DNA of 64,000 nt from NCBI GenBank assembly GCA_965200965.1, contig OZ241744.1, forward strand, positions 3,040,001 to 3,104,000. Reading direction: 5' to 3'. A program made the translations under genes and the position numbers. This DNA comes from an uncultured Candidatus Binatia bacterium (GTDB lineage Bacteria > Desulfobacterota > Binatia > Bin18). Below the pieces are notes generated by a model. That model saw nothing but the letters and a program-made list of their open reading frames with translations, was not told the origin of the DNA and did no database searches. Within the stretch, counting starts at the first letter, position 1. Each line of letters opens with the position of its first letter. Below, piece after piece: positions 10,669 through 20,516 of the stretch.

Positions 10669-11112
10669 ATGGCACTCGACTTTGACCGTTCCATCCTGGG
10701 GACCGTCTTTGATGAAACCTTGTTTGTCCCCATTACCAAAGAAGAGATTCTGGAGTTTGCGGCAGCCCTCGGAGAGACCAACCCGCTCTATACAGATGAA
10801 GCCGCGGCGGCTAACGGCCCGTACCGCGGCTTGGTGGCTCCACCGACATTTGTCACCAAGCTGCGTCCGAACAAAATGACGCCCGAGAATATGCCCAAGT
10901 TCGGCAAGGTCGGCTTTGACGGCGGCAGAGACCTCAATGTGTTTGAGCCGGTGCGGCCCGGCGACACGCTCACGATGGTCAGCAAGATTCACGACATCTA
11001 TGAAAAAACAGGGCGCAGCGGCAGCATGTATTTCATTGTCCTGCGCAACGAGGTCAGTAATCAGCACGGTGAAAAAGTGGCCGTGATCGACCATAGGATC
11101 ATGCAGCGATGA
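10669..11112 (+). CDS. MaoC-like hotdog dehydratase subunit
   Basis: FAAALGETNPLYTD...APPTF...PVRPGDTL. Confidence 0.85.
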   Translation: MALDFDRSILGTVFDETLFVPITKEEILEFAAALGETNPLYTDEAAAANGPYRGLVAPPTFVTKLRPNKMTPENMPKFGKVGFDGGRDLNVFEPVRPGDTLTMVSKIHDIYEKTGRSGSMYFIVLRNEVSNQHGEKVAVIDHRIMQR

Positions 11113-11531
11113 GCAGTTTCTATTTTGAAGATGTCGAAGAGGGCGACGAGTTCCCACCCCTGGACCTGTTTCTGACCAAGGACCAGGTCCGTCGCTATGC
11201 GTGGACCGCCAATATGGATTTTCCGCGCTTTACCGACGACGAGGGGGCTCGCAAGGAGGGCCTGCCCGGCATGATTGCGCCCGGCGTCATGAGCATGGGC
11301 CTGCTGGCGCGGATGATCAGCGACTGGAACCCCGCCGCGCGGATTACCCGTATCGGAACGACATTCCGCAGCCCGGTCCTGCCCGATACACGTCTCCACC
11401 TGTGCGGTGCAGTCACCCAGAAAGACGAACAGACCCATACGGCCGAATGTGATATCTGGATGGAAAACGACGACGCCGAACGCTGGGTCATTGGTACCGC
11501 AACACTTGCCCTGCCGACAAAATCGGCCTGA
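11109..11531 (+). CDS. MaoC family dehydratase subunit
   Basis: FEDVEEGDE...GLPGMIAPG...FRSPV; ATGA-coupled to the previous gene. Confidence 0.8.
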   Translation: MSSFYFEDVEEGDEFPPLDLFLTKDQVRRYAWTANMDFPRFTDDEGARKEGLPGMIAPGVMSMGLLARMISDWNPAARITRIGTTFRSPVLPDTRLHLCGAVTQKDEQTHTAECDIWMENDDAERWVIGTATLALPTKSA

Positions 11532-11596
11532 TGTTCCTCCCCTGCTTGTCTGCGTCTGAACGTGTATCCCGGGAGAGAGGAAGAGGGGGTCCTCCC

Positions 11597-12328
11597 ATGC
11601 TCAGTCGAATCGTTCTTCCGTCACTCGTGTTGCTGGTGTGTCTGACCCCGGGGCCGACTCCGGCCCAACTCGGCGACGGTCTTGAAGACTCGCTGGACGC
11701 CAGCGCTCAGGTGTACGAAACCTCCCGGCTCGAAACCTTCAACGAAGCCATGTTTGACGTGAACCTGTGGCTGGATGAGAAAGTCATGCGCCCGGTGGCC
11801 AGAGGCTATGAAAGAGTCCTTCCCGCAGGTGCCCGCCTGGGGGTGCAACGCTTCTTTCTCAACCTGGGCGTCCTGCCCCGGTTCGCCAACAGCCTCTTGC
11901 AGTTCAAATTCAACGGGGCGGCGCGAGAAGTGAGCCGCTTTATGGTCAATACCACGGTCGGCGGACTCGGCTTCTTTGACGTGGCCAAGACCCAGTTCGG
12001 GCTTCAGGAGAGCAACGAAGACTTCGGCCAGACGCTGGGCTCTTACGGCCTGGAAGGCGGGGCCTATCTCGTGCTGCCATTCCTTGGTCCGTCAACCGTC
12101 CGTGACGCTGTGGGCTTTGTGGTGGATGGGGCGATGGACCCTAAACAGTATATCCTGCCTGGCACCCACAATCTTGCGGTCAGCACTGGAACGACCGTCA
12201 CCAACGCCGTCAACGACCGATCGTTGAACCTGGAGTTGTTTGAGCAGGTTGATCGCTTCTCGCTCGACCTCTACAGCGCCGCCCAGGACTTCTACCTGCA
12301 ACGCCGAGAGCAGCAGATCGAGGAATAG
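11597..12328 (+). CDS. mlaA: VacJ/MlaA family protein (hopanoid-transport associated)
   Basis: FNEAMFDVN, RFMVNTTVGGLGFFDVA, EDFGQTLG, YLVLPFLGPSTVRD. Confidence 0.9.
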   Translation: MLSRIVLPSLVLLVCLTPGPTPAQLGDGLEDSLDASAQVYETSRLETFNEAMFDVNLWLDEKVMRPVARGYERVLPAGARLGVQRFFLNLGVLPRFANSLLQFKFNGAAREVSRFMVNTTVGGLGFFDVAKTQFGLQESNEDFGQTLGSYGLEGGAYLVLPFLGPSTVRDAVGFVVDGAMDPKQYILPGTHNLAVSTGTTVTNAVNDRSLNLELFEQVDRFSLDLYSAAQDFYLQRREQQIEE

Positions 12329-12333
12329 CAGCC

Positions 12334-12924
12334 ATGCCATATCGCCGACACGCTCTGTGCTTCGCCTTGGGTCTGGCGCTGGCCTGGGCTGGGCCGGCTC
12401 AGGCCGAGACCCCGACCCACATGACCCGGCAGTTGCTTGAGTCTATTATTGCCTGCACAGAAACGAACGGAGCCCAGCCGAGCGGCTGTGATGTGGAAAA
12501 AATTGAGGACCATCTGGCCCTCGCCCAACTCGCCCGCTGGCTGATGGGCCCCCACTGGCAGGACCTCGGCCAGGACAAGCAGGACGATTTCGTCGCCCTG
12601 CTCGCCCACCTGCTGCGCGATGTCGCCTATCCCCGCGCCGCCGCATTCCTCTCCAGCCACCAGATTGTGTACGGCCACAACCGCGTTGAGGGCAAGGAGG
12701 CCAGTGTGGAAACCTTGCTCGTCAACGCCGAAGAGGGCCAAGTCGCCATCACCTATCGCCTGCACCTCATTGACGACCGCTGGAAGGTCTGGGATGTGCA
12801 TCTTGACGGGGTAAGCATGGCCGGCAACCTGCGCAAACAGGTGCAATCCATCATGGCCCGCACATCCTACGAGGAGTTGGTCAGGCGCATGAAGGACAAA
12901 CTCACCTGGGACGGGCCGGGGTAA
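12334..12924 (+). CDS. hpnM: MlaC/Ttg2D family periplasmic lipid carrier (HpnM-like)
   Basis: Signal peptide; YRL....WKVWDVHLDGVSM motif; lies between mlaA and hpnN. Confidence 0.8.
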   Translation: MPYRRHALCFALGLALAWAGPAQAETPTHMTRQLLESIIACTETNGAQPSGCDVEKIEDHLALAQLARWLMGPHWQDLGQDKQDDFVALLAHLLRDVAYPRAAAFLSSHQIVYGHNRVEGKEASVETLLVNAEEGQVAITYRLHLIDDRWKVWDVHLDGVSMAGNLRKQVQSIMARTSYEELVRRMKDKLTWDGPG

Positions 12925-12931
12925 GCGCCAA

Positions 12932-15769
12932 GTGAAGACCCTGCGCCTGCCGCCGTCCGCCCCTTCCGCCCACCCCTTTCCGCCGGACATGACCTGGGAG
13001 CAGCGTGCCCTGTCCTCCCTGGCCGGCCTGACCACGACCCATCCTGTCTCGGTCCTGGCCGTGTGTCTGGCCCTGGTTGGCGTAGCGCTCGGCTATACCG
13101 CCTTGTGTCTGGAGTTCGTCACCGGCCGCAACGATCTCATCAACAGCGACAAGCCGTATATCAAGCTGGAGAAGCAATACACCGAGGAGTTTGGCAGCGT
13201 TGACCAGTTCTTTGTTGTGGTTGAGCCGCAGGATATCGAGCAGGGCAAAGCCTTTGTGGTCCGGCTCGCCGACCTCCTGGCCCGGGAGACCCGCCATGTC
13301 AAGGAGGTCTTCTATCAGATCGACACCAGCTCGCTCGACGGTAAAAAGCTCCTCTATCTGTCTACTGAGGGCCTGCAACGCCTGCTTGACGACCTCGCCG
13401 GATCCCGGGAACTGATCCACGACCTCACCGCCGCCCCCGGCCTCAACACCCTCTTTGAGGCCCTGAACCACCAGATCGCTCAAGCCACCGTCTCATACTT
13501 GGTCGGCGGTCTGTTGGACCTCGGCCACACAGCCGAGCAGGAAACCGGCGGCGAAACACCAACGCCGCAGATCGGTTTTCTCAACTCCCTGCTGTACGAG
13601 ATGGACCAGACCCTCAGCAACCCGGCCCATCGCTATCAGTCACCCTGGGAAGAGTTCTTTGGCGATACCCAAGCGCTGTCGGATGAGGGCTTCCTGGTGT
13701 CCGGCAACCGCCGCTTTCTCTTCATGCTGCTTGACCCCGCCGAGCCGGAAGAGGCCGGACTGACCGAGTTGCAAGACGCCATCACCACAATTCGGCGCAT
13801 TATTCACGACCTGCGCCCGGACTTCCCCGGACTTGACGCCGGTCTGACCGGCATAGAGGTCCTTGATACCGATGAGATGACCAGCGCCCAGCGTGACGCC
13901 CCGTCCGCAACGCTGGCCACCACCCTCGGCATTGGCCTGCTGTACCTGCTCTTTTTTCAGCGCCTCCGCCACCCCGTGCTCATTCTCTCCTCCCTGCTCG
14001 TCGGCCTGTCCTGGACGATGGGCTTTGTCACCCTCGCGGTCGGCCACCTGACCATTCTCAGCGTCTTTGTCGCTCCCCTGCTGCTGGGTCTGGCCGACGA
14101 TTTCGGCGTCCACTTCATGACCCGCTACGAGGAAGAACGCGGCACCGGCAGCGACCCGATTGCGGCCCTCCAGCAGGTCTCTATTCATACCGGGCCGAGC
14201 ATTATCGCCGGGGCGTGTACAACGGCCCTGGCCTTTGCCGCCATTATGCTGGCCGACTTCCGGGGTATGCAGGAACTCGGCCTGATGTCCAGCGTCGGTA
14301 TGCTGCTGTCCCTGCTGGCCATGTTCAGCTTTTTGCCGGCCCTCGTCGTGGTGGTTGAGCGCATCCGGCCCTGGCAGGCCCGTACCAGCCGCCGGCGTTT
14401 CCTGAGTGCCAGCTTTGCCGCCCTGGGGCGGCTGGTCGAGCACAGACGGCGGCCGGTTCTGGTGGTGGCCGGTCTGCTGACGCTGGGGGCGCTGGCTGCG
14501 CTGCCGACCGTTCGGTTTGACTATGACCTGCTCAATCTTCAAGCCCACGGCACGCCCTCGGTTGAGTGGGAGAGACGCATCATCGCCCATTCCGAACGCG
14601 CGTCCTGGAATGCCCTGGCCACCGCTTCAAGCCCCGAGGCCGCCATGCGGAAAGCCGCGGCCTTTGAAGCCCTGCCGGTCGTCGAAACGGTCGAAAGCGT
14701 GGCCTCGTTCATCCCCGCCGGACAGGACCGGTGCCTGCCGCTGGTGTCCGCCCTCCAACCCCTGCTGGCCGACCTGCCCCCGACCCTCGCTCCCGCTCCG
14801 CCGGTTGTAGTCTCCGCCCTGCAACGCTCTCTTGACCAGATCCGCTTCAAGGTCCGCGAGAGCAACGAGGACTGGGACCCTGAAAACCGGCCCACCGAGA
14901 GCGAGCTGAGCACCGCCCGCGACCGGCTCAAAACCATTGTCGCCCGTTTGCAAAACCTGCACGAGGCCGAAGCCCGGGCCGCGCTCAGCCAGTTTCAGGC
15001 CGATCTGTTTGCCGACTTTGCCGAGGTCTGGAGCCTGCTGCGGAACAACATTCATCCCGCCGGTCCGATTACCATGACCGACATTCCGCCCCAACTCAAA
15101 AAACGCTTCGTAAGCCGTGACGAGGACAGGTTCCTGCTTCAGATCTATCCCAAACACAATATCCGTGAACAGCAGGCGCTCGAAGCCTTTATCCGCCAGC
15201 TGCGCCAAGTAGACCCCAATGTCACCGGCTCGCCGGTCATTGGCTATGAGTCAATTCACGCCATGCAGCAGGGCTATCTCGAAGCCGCGCTATACGCCCT
15301 GCTGGCGATTGTGATCGTCACCTTTGGGACCCTGCGGCGCGTCGCTGATACCCTGCTCGCCCTCCTGCCGCTCGGTCTGGGGATGATCTGGACGGCCGGC
15401 CTGATGTGGCTGTGCAAGCTCCAGTTCAACGTGGCCAACCTTGTTGCCGCCCCACTCATTATTGGCATCGGTATCGAAAACGGCATTCACCTTGTCCACC
15501 GTTTTCGAGAGGACCCGCACACGACACCGGCCAGCCTGGTCGCCGGCAGCACCGGACAAGCCGTCGCCCTGTTTTCGCTGACAACTATGGTCGGCTTTGG
15601 CAGCCTGATGATCGCCAAATACTATGGCGTTTTCAGTATGGGCTTGCTACTCTCGCTGGCAGTCGGTAGCGTCCTGCTTGCCTCCCTCGTCGTGCTTCCG
15701 ATGCTGTTGTCTCGCCCGGCAGGCCACACGGCGCAGCATGACAGCGACCACGTCCAGGCCGCCGGCTGA
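12932..15769 (+). CDS. hpnN: Hopanoid transporter, MMPL/RND family
   Basis: Two 6-TM repeats (GLADDFGVH; GIGIENGIH), large periplasmic loops, hpn gene context. Confidence 0.88.
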   Translation: MKTLRLPPSAPSAHPFPPDMTWEQRALSSLAGLTTTHPVSVLAVCLALVGVALGYTALCLEFVTGRNDLINSDKPYIKLEKQYTEEFGSVDQFFVVVEPQDIEQGKAFVVRLADLLARETRHVKEVFYQIDTSSLDGKKLLYLSTEGLQRLLDDLAGSRELIHDLTAAPGLNTLFEALNHQIAQATVSYLVGGLLDLGHTAEQETGGETPTPQIGFLNSLLYEMDQTLSNPAHRYQSPWEEFFGDTQALSDEGFLVSGNRRFLFMLLDPAEPEEAGLTELQDAITTIRRIIHDLRPDFPGLDAGLTGIEVLDTDEMTSAQRDAPSATLATTLGIGLLYLLFFQRLRHPVLILSSLLVGLSWTMGFVTLAVGHLTILSVFVAPLLLGLADDFGVHFMTRYEEERGTGSDPIAALQQVSIHTGPSIIAGACTTALAFAAIMLADFRGMQELGLMSSVGMLLSLLAMFSFLPALVVVVERIRPWQARTSRRRFLSASFAALGRLVEHRRRPVLVVAGLLTLGALAALPTVRFDYDLLNLQAHGTPSVEWERRIIAHSERASWNALATASSPEAAMRKAAAFEALPVVETVESVASFIPAGQDRCLPLVSALQPLLADLPPTLAPAPPVVVSALQRSLDQIRFKVRESNEDWDPENRPTESELSTARDRLKTIVARLQNLHEAEARAALSQFQADLFADFAEVWSLLRNNIHPAGPITMTDIPPQLKKRFVSRDEDRFLLQIYPKHNIREQQALEAFIRQLRQVDPNVTGSPVIGYESIHAMQQGYLEAALYALLAIVIVTFGTLRRVADTLLALLPLGLGMIWTAGLMWLCKLQFNVANLVAAPLIIGIGIENGIHLVHRFREDPHTTPASLVAGSTGQAVALFSLTTMVGFGSLMIAKYYGVFSMGLLLSLAVGSVLLASLVVLPMLLSRPAGHTAQHDSDHVQAAG

Positions 15770-15780
15770 GAGCGACCGCC

Positions 15781-16266
15781 ATGATTACCGGAGCCGACTT
15801 TCTCAAAACGCTGCAAGCCGAAGGCTTCGATTTTTTTACCGGAGTGCCCTGTTCGCTGCTCAAGAGCCTGATCGCCTGCCTTGAAGAGGAGGGCAGGTAT
15901 ATCCCGGAGACCCGCGAAGACGCCGCGGTCGGGCTAGCGGCTGGTGCCTATATGGCCGGCAAACAGCCCGTCGTGATGATGCAGAATTCGGCCCTGGGAG
16001 TGTGCCTCAACGCCCTCGCCTCGCTGAGCCTGATCTACGAACTGCCGTGTCTGCTGATCGTTACTTGGCGCGGCTATCAGGGACAAGACGCGCCCGAACA
16101 TCTCATCATGGGTAACATCTCTCCCCGCCTCTTCGAGACCGTGCGCATTCCGTACCGGGTCCTGGGTGCCGAGACCGCCACCCAGGACGCTGGATGGGCC
16201 GCCCAGGCCCTCCACCACAGCAAAAAACCGGTGGCTCTGCTGCTCCCTCCGGGGGTGCTGGCGTGA
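15781..16266 (+). CDS. Phosphonopyruvate/sulfopyruvate decarboxylase, alpha subunit
   Basis: FFTGVPCSLL, REDAAVGLAAG, MQNSALG, WRG..GQDAPEH. Confidence 0.88.
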   Translation: MITGADFLKTLQAEGFDFFTGVPCSLLKSLIACLEEEGRYIPETREDAAVGLAAGAYMAGKQPVVMMQNSALGVCLNALASLSLIYELPCLLIVTWRGYQGQDAPEHLIMGNISPRLFETVRIPYRVLGAETATQDAGWAAQALHHSKKPVALLLPPGVLA

Positions 16267-16826
16267 AACTGGCAGACGCCCTAGGCGTAGTGATTCCCCT
16301 CCTGGGCGACGAGCTAGTCGTACACGCCAACGGTTTTATTGCGCGCCAATCCTTCACTCTCAGCGACCGGCCGGGCAACTTCTACATGATCGGCTCAATG
16401 GGACTCGCCTCATCTATCGGCCTGGGCCTTGCCCTCAACCGTCCCGACCGCCGGGTAGTGGTCTTTGACGGCGACGGCAATGTGCTCATGAATATGGGCT
16501 CTCTGGCGCTCATTGGCGCTACCCAGCCGTCCAACTTTGTCCATATCGTTTTCGACAACGAAGCCTACGGCTCAACCGGCAATCAACGCACCATCTCGGC
16601 TCATGTCGCCCTCGAAGACATCGCCCGCTCCAGCGGCTACCCGCGCGTTGGCAGGGTTGAAACCCCAGCCGCTCTCAAAGCCGCGGCAGGCGCATTACTT
16701 GCTCAGGTCGGCCCCTCGTTTCTGCTGATCAAAATTGAACCCGACTGGCAAGAACGCCGGGTCGGCCGCATCACCCACGAACCGCCCCGGATTGCCCAGC
16801 GGTTCATGGATGCGATGAGAAAATGA
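16263..16826 (+). CDS. Phosphonopyruvate/sulfopyruvate decarboxylase, beta (ThDP-binding) subunit
   Basis: GTG start overlapping the alpha stop; NFYMIGSMG, GDG...FDNEAYGSTGNQ ThDP motif. Confidence 0.88.
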   Translation: MKLADALGVVIPLLGDELVVHANGFIARQSFTLSDRPGNFYMIGSMGLASSIGLGLALNRPDRRVVVFDGDGNVLMNMGSLALIGATQPSNFVHIVFDNEAYGSTGNQRTISAHVALEDIARSSGYPRVGRVETPAALKAAAGALLAQVGPSFLLIKIEPDWQERRVGRITHEPPRIAQRFMDAMRK

Positions 16827-16858
16827 CGACGCTGTAACCCCTGCCTGCCGAGTTCCCC

Positions 16859-17932
16859 ATGCAAGCCATCCTCCTCAACCCCGGTCCGGTCAACGTCTCC
16901 CCGCGCGTCCAGCAAGCCTTATTGCGTGGAGACCTGTGCCACCGCGAAGCCGAGTTCTCAGACCTGCTGCGAGCTATCCGCTCAAAGCTCCTGCGGGCCT
17001 TTGCCCCCCAGGACTATACCGCGGTCGTCATCAGCGGCTCAGGCACCTCCGCGGTAGAGGCTATGGTGTCCTCAGCCCTGCCCCCGGGGAAAAAACTCCT
17101 GGTCATCAACAACGGGGTCTACGGCGAGCGTATGCTGCGCATGGCCACCGCCCACCGAATACCGAGTGTTGAGTTGCGCTATGCCTGGACCGAGCCGCCC
17201 GACATCGCTCAGATCGAAGCCAAGCTTCAGGCCGACCCGGCTATCGGCGGCGTCGCCCTCGTCCACCATGAGACCACCACCGGGCTGTTGAACCCGGTCT
17301 CCGAGGTCGGGGCCCTGACCAGGCGGCTGGGGCGTGTGTTCCTGCTTGATGCAGTCAGCGCCTTGGCCGGCGAAGACCTTGCCCTTGCCCGCGACCAGGT
17401 CGATCTATGTGCTTGCACGGCCAACAAATGCGTCCAGGGCTTGCCCGGCGTGGCCTTTGTGTTGGTACGAACGAGCCTGATGGAAGCGATGCAACACCAC
17501 CAACCCAACTCGCTCTCTCTTCACCTGCCCGTCCACTGGGCAGCCCAGGAACGCAACAGCGTCCCCTTTACCCCATCTGTGCAAACCTGGTACGCCCTTG
17601 ACGCCGCCCTTGATGAGCTGCTGGAAGAAACCGTGGCGGCACGCATCGCTCGCTATCGCGCCGCCTCGCAGCTGCTGCGGACCGGCTTCGGTCGGCTGGG
17701 GCTGCGGTTTCTTTTGCCGCCCGAACGGCGGGTCAACTCGCTCACCGCGCTGGTCTTGCCCCACACCCTGAGCTACCACGAACTGCATAACCAGCTTAAA
17801 CACCGCGGCTTTGTCATCTATGAAGGCCAGGGTCAACTCCAGACCGCTATCTTCCGGGTCGCCAACATGGGGCATCTGAGCCTTGATGACTTCCGCCGTT
17901 TCCTCCGCAGCCTTGAAGACGCGCTGCGCTAG
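16859..17932 (+). CDS. 2-aminoethylphosphonate aminotransferase (PhnW/AepZ family, class V PLP)
   Basis: LLNPGP, SGSGT, HHETTTGLLNP, DAVS, ANKCVQGLPG, FT.SVQ, FRVANMG. Confidence 0.85.
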   Translation: MQAILLNPGPVNVSPRVQQALLRGDLCHREAEFSDLLRAIRSKLLRAFAPQDYTAVVISGSGTSAVEAMVSSALPPGKKLLVINNGVYGERMLRMATAHRIPSVELRYAWTEPPDIAQIEAKLQADPAIGGVALVHHETTTGLLNPVSEVGALTRRLGRVFLLDAVSALAGEDLALARDQVDLCACTANKCVQGLPGVAFVLVRTSLMEAMQHHQPNSLSLHLPVHWAAQERNSVPFTPSVQTWYALDAALDELLEETVAARIARYRAASQLLRTGFGRLGLRFLLPPERRVNSLTALVLPHTLSYHELHNQLKHRGFVIYEGQGQLQTAIFRVANMGHLSLDDFRRFLRSLEDALR

Positions 17933-17947
17933 CTCAGCTTCCACACC

Positions 17948-18685
17948 ATGAAAGCCATTATTCTTGCCGCCGGCATAGGCAAACGCTTCCAAGCCGTCAC
18001 CGACCAGCTCCCCAAGTGCCTGATTGAACTCCACGGGCGGACGCTCCTGGAGCGAACCCTGTCCGCCCTTGGTGCGGCTGGGGTCAGCCGGGCGGTGGTC
18101 GTCGTTGGCTATCGGGCCGAGATGGTTGAGCAGAAAATCGGGGCCAGGTGTGGCAAGGTCCAGGTCTCCTACATCACCAATCCCCGCTATGACCAAGGGG
18201 CGATCGTGTCGCTGTGGAGCGCCCGCCAGGAGTTTGACGACGATCTCCTCATCATGGATGCCGATGTCCTGTTCCCGACCGCCCTGCTCAGCCGGCTCAT
18301 CACCTCCCCCCATCCGAACTGCTTTCTGCTCGACGCCGGTACGGCCAATACCGGAGAAGAACAAATGCTGCTGACCCGGGGCGGCCGGGTAGTGACGATC
18401 GTGCGGGGTGGGTCCGGGGAGTATGATCTGATTGGCGAGTCCATAGGCTTCCTCAAAGTTTCGCGTGACGATGCGGCCCTCCTGCACGCCATTCTTGACG
18501 AGCAGATTGCCCAAGGCCGGGACACCATCGAACACGAAGAAGCCTACCCGCTTTTCCTGGCCCAGCGCGTTGTCGGCTTTGAACGGGTCGAAGACCTGCC
18601 GTGGATAGAAATAGACTTTCCCCATGACTTAGAGCAGGCCGAGCGGGAAGTCCTGCCGCGCATTCTTGCCCTCGATCGGGCCTAG
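17948..18685 (+). CDS. LicC/PntC-like phosphocholine/phosphonate cytidylyltransferase
   Basis: AIILAAGIGKR...PKCL, MDADV, GESIG, WIEIDFPHDL. Confidence 0.82.
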   Translation: MKAIILAAGIGKRFQAVTDQLPKCLIELHGRTLLERTLSALGAAGVSRAVVVVGYRAEMVEQKIGARCGKVQVSYITNPRYDQGAIVSLWSARQEFDDDLLIMDADVLFPTALLSRLITSPHPNCFLLDAGTANTGEEQMLLTRGGRVVTIVRGGSGEYDLIGESIGFLKVSRDDAALLHAILDEQIAQGRDTIEHEEAYPLFLAQRVVGFERVEDLPWIEIDFPHDLEQAEREVLPRILALDRA

Positions 18686-18691
18686 ACGCCC

Positions 18692-20443
18692 ATGCTCCCC
18701 TCCTTCCTCAGCCCCCTGACCCGCCTGTCGCCGGTAGCGTTGGCTGGCCTGTTTACGCTGCTGGCCGGCCTCGCCTTCCTGTGGAAGCTGGGCGACGGGC
18801 CGATCTACCGGACGATGGAAGGGCGGGAAGCCCTGGTGATGCAGGAGATGCTGCGCAGCGGCAACTGGGTGCTGCCGCTGCGCAATGGCGAGACAATTCC
18901 TTCCAAACCGCCCCTGTTACACTGGCTCGGTGCCGGCGTCGCCCGGCTGAGCGGGGGAATGTCGGAATGGGCAGCCCGCTTTCCGTCTGCCCTGTTCTCT
19001 GCCCTGAGCGTCGGCCTGACCTGTTTGCTCGGCTGTCGGCTGGCCAACCGTGAGGTCGGCATCCTGGCCCCTCTGCTGTTGCTCACCACGCCCCTGTTTG
19101 TCGAAATGGCGCGGGAAGCCTGGGTCGATTCGGCCCTGGCCTTTTTTGTCCTGGCCAGCCTGAGCAGTTTCGCCGGTATGTACGAAGCCGGCGAATGGCG
19201 GGGCTGGCGGAGTCTGGCCTTTGCCCTGTCCCTGGCCGGCGCAAGCCTCAGTAAAGGCCCGATCGGCCTCATTCTGCCCAGCCTGGTGATTACGCTCTAC
19301 CTCACAGCCCAGGGACAACTGTCACGCCTCCGGTACCTGTTGCGCCCGACCAATGTCGTGCTGGCCCTTGGCCTTCCCCTGACCTGGTATATCCTGGCGT
19401 TCAACCAGGAGGGCTGGGCATTTTTTCACAAGCAACTGCTCCAGGAAAACATCGTGCGCTTCACCTCCGGTTCGGGCAAACAGATTCCCTCCTCAGCCTT
19501 TTTTGTCGTGCCGTTTATCGTGGGCGGCCTGCCCTGGAGCCTGCTGTTCGGCTTTGGCCTGTGGCACTTTGCCCGCCAGGCTCCTATCCGCGAGAAGGGG
19601 GTACTGGCCCTGATGTGGTGGCTGGCGACCGTCGCCTTTTTTTCGGTCGCCGCCGGCAAGCGCGAGGTGTATCTCCTGCCCCTGTACCCGGCGGTTGCCC
19701 TGTTTGCCGCGCAGTGGGGCTGGGTACATGTCCCCCGCCAGACACGACCGCTCTCCCCCTGGCTGGCAACAGGTCTTGCCCTGGTCGCTCTCGGCCTCAG
19801 CCTGGCAAGCCTGCTGGCCGCGGCCACTATTGTGCTCGGCTGGCTTACCGTGGACTCGGCCGCGGTAGAGCTGGTGTTTGGCGACGACAAATGGAAAAGC
19901 GCGGCCCGCTTCATCCGCTTTGTGGCTGAGCAACCGGCGTATGCCACGATGTTGCTGGCTCTTGTGAGCAGCTGCGGGCTGGGGGCAGTCTGGACGGCGA
20001 CACAGGGCCGCTGGCAGACCAGCCTGTGGCTAGTGCTGTGTGTCCTGTTGCTGACGACCGCCGGCCTGTCGCCTTTTACCCGGGCCTATGCCAAACAGTT
20101 CAAAGCCCTGACCGGATTTGCCGCCCACATCAGCCAGGCAGTCGGCCCTGACCAGCGCGTGTTCTTCTACACCCCCCGGCCCTATTCTTCAGAGTTTGAT
20201 GAGTTCTCCCAGGTCTATTTTTACCTCAACCGCCCGGTCCCCCTGGCCGCGTGCGCCGAGCAGCCCGACTTTTCCCGCTGCCAGCCGGGCTACTACATCC
20301 TGCGGGAACGGCACTGGCACCCCCGGCAACACACGCCTGGTACCCATCTGGTGGTGGACAGCCGCAACGTCTCAGGGCCGGATGCGCACCTGCGCCTGGT
20401 CCTGGTCCGCCGGGATGAAAGCACCCCTGGCAGCAGCTTATAG
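18692..20443 (+). CDS. ArnT/PMT-like GT-C membrane glycosyltransferase
   Basis: EGRE...EM..SGNWVLP..NG...SKPPLLHW, ARFPSA, KGPIG, KREVYLLPLYP; many TM segments. Confidence 0.88.
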   Translation: MLPSFLSPLTRLSPVALAGLFTLLAGLAFLWKLGDGPIYRTMEGREALVMQEMLRSGNWVLPLRNGETIPSKPPLLHWLGAGVARLSGGMSEWAARFPSALFSALSVGLTCLLGCRLANREVGILAPLLLLTTPLFVEMAREAWVDSALAFFVLASLSSFAGMYEAGEWRGWRSLAFALSLAGASLSKGPIGLILPSLVITLYLTAQGQLSRLRYLLRPTNVVLALGLPLTWYILAFNQEGWAFFHKQLLQENIVRFTSGSGKQIPSSAFFVVPFIVGGLPWSLLFGFGLWHFARQAPIREKGVLALMWWLATVAFFSVAAGKREVYLLPLYPAVALFAAQWGWVHVPRQTRPLSPWLATGLALVALGLSLASLLAAATIVLGWLTVDSAAVELVFGDDKWKSAARFIRFVAEQPAYATMLLALVSSCGLGAVWTATQGRWQTSLWLVLCVLLLTTAGLSPFTRAYAKQFKALTGFAAHISQAVGPDQRVFFYTPRPYSSEFDEFSQVYFYLNRPVPLAACAEQPDFSRCQPGYYILRERHWHPRQHTPGTHLVVDSRNVSGPDAHLRLVLVRRDESTPGSSL

Positions 20444-20516
20444 TTCAAACTACAGTCCCCACCCCACGCCAGGGCTTGGCTTGCATCCTGCCCCAGCTCC
20501 AGATACACAGAGCCAG

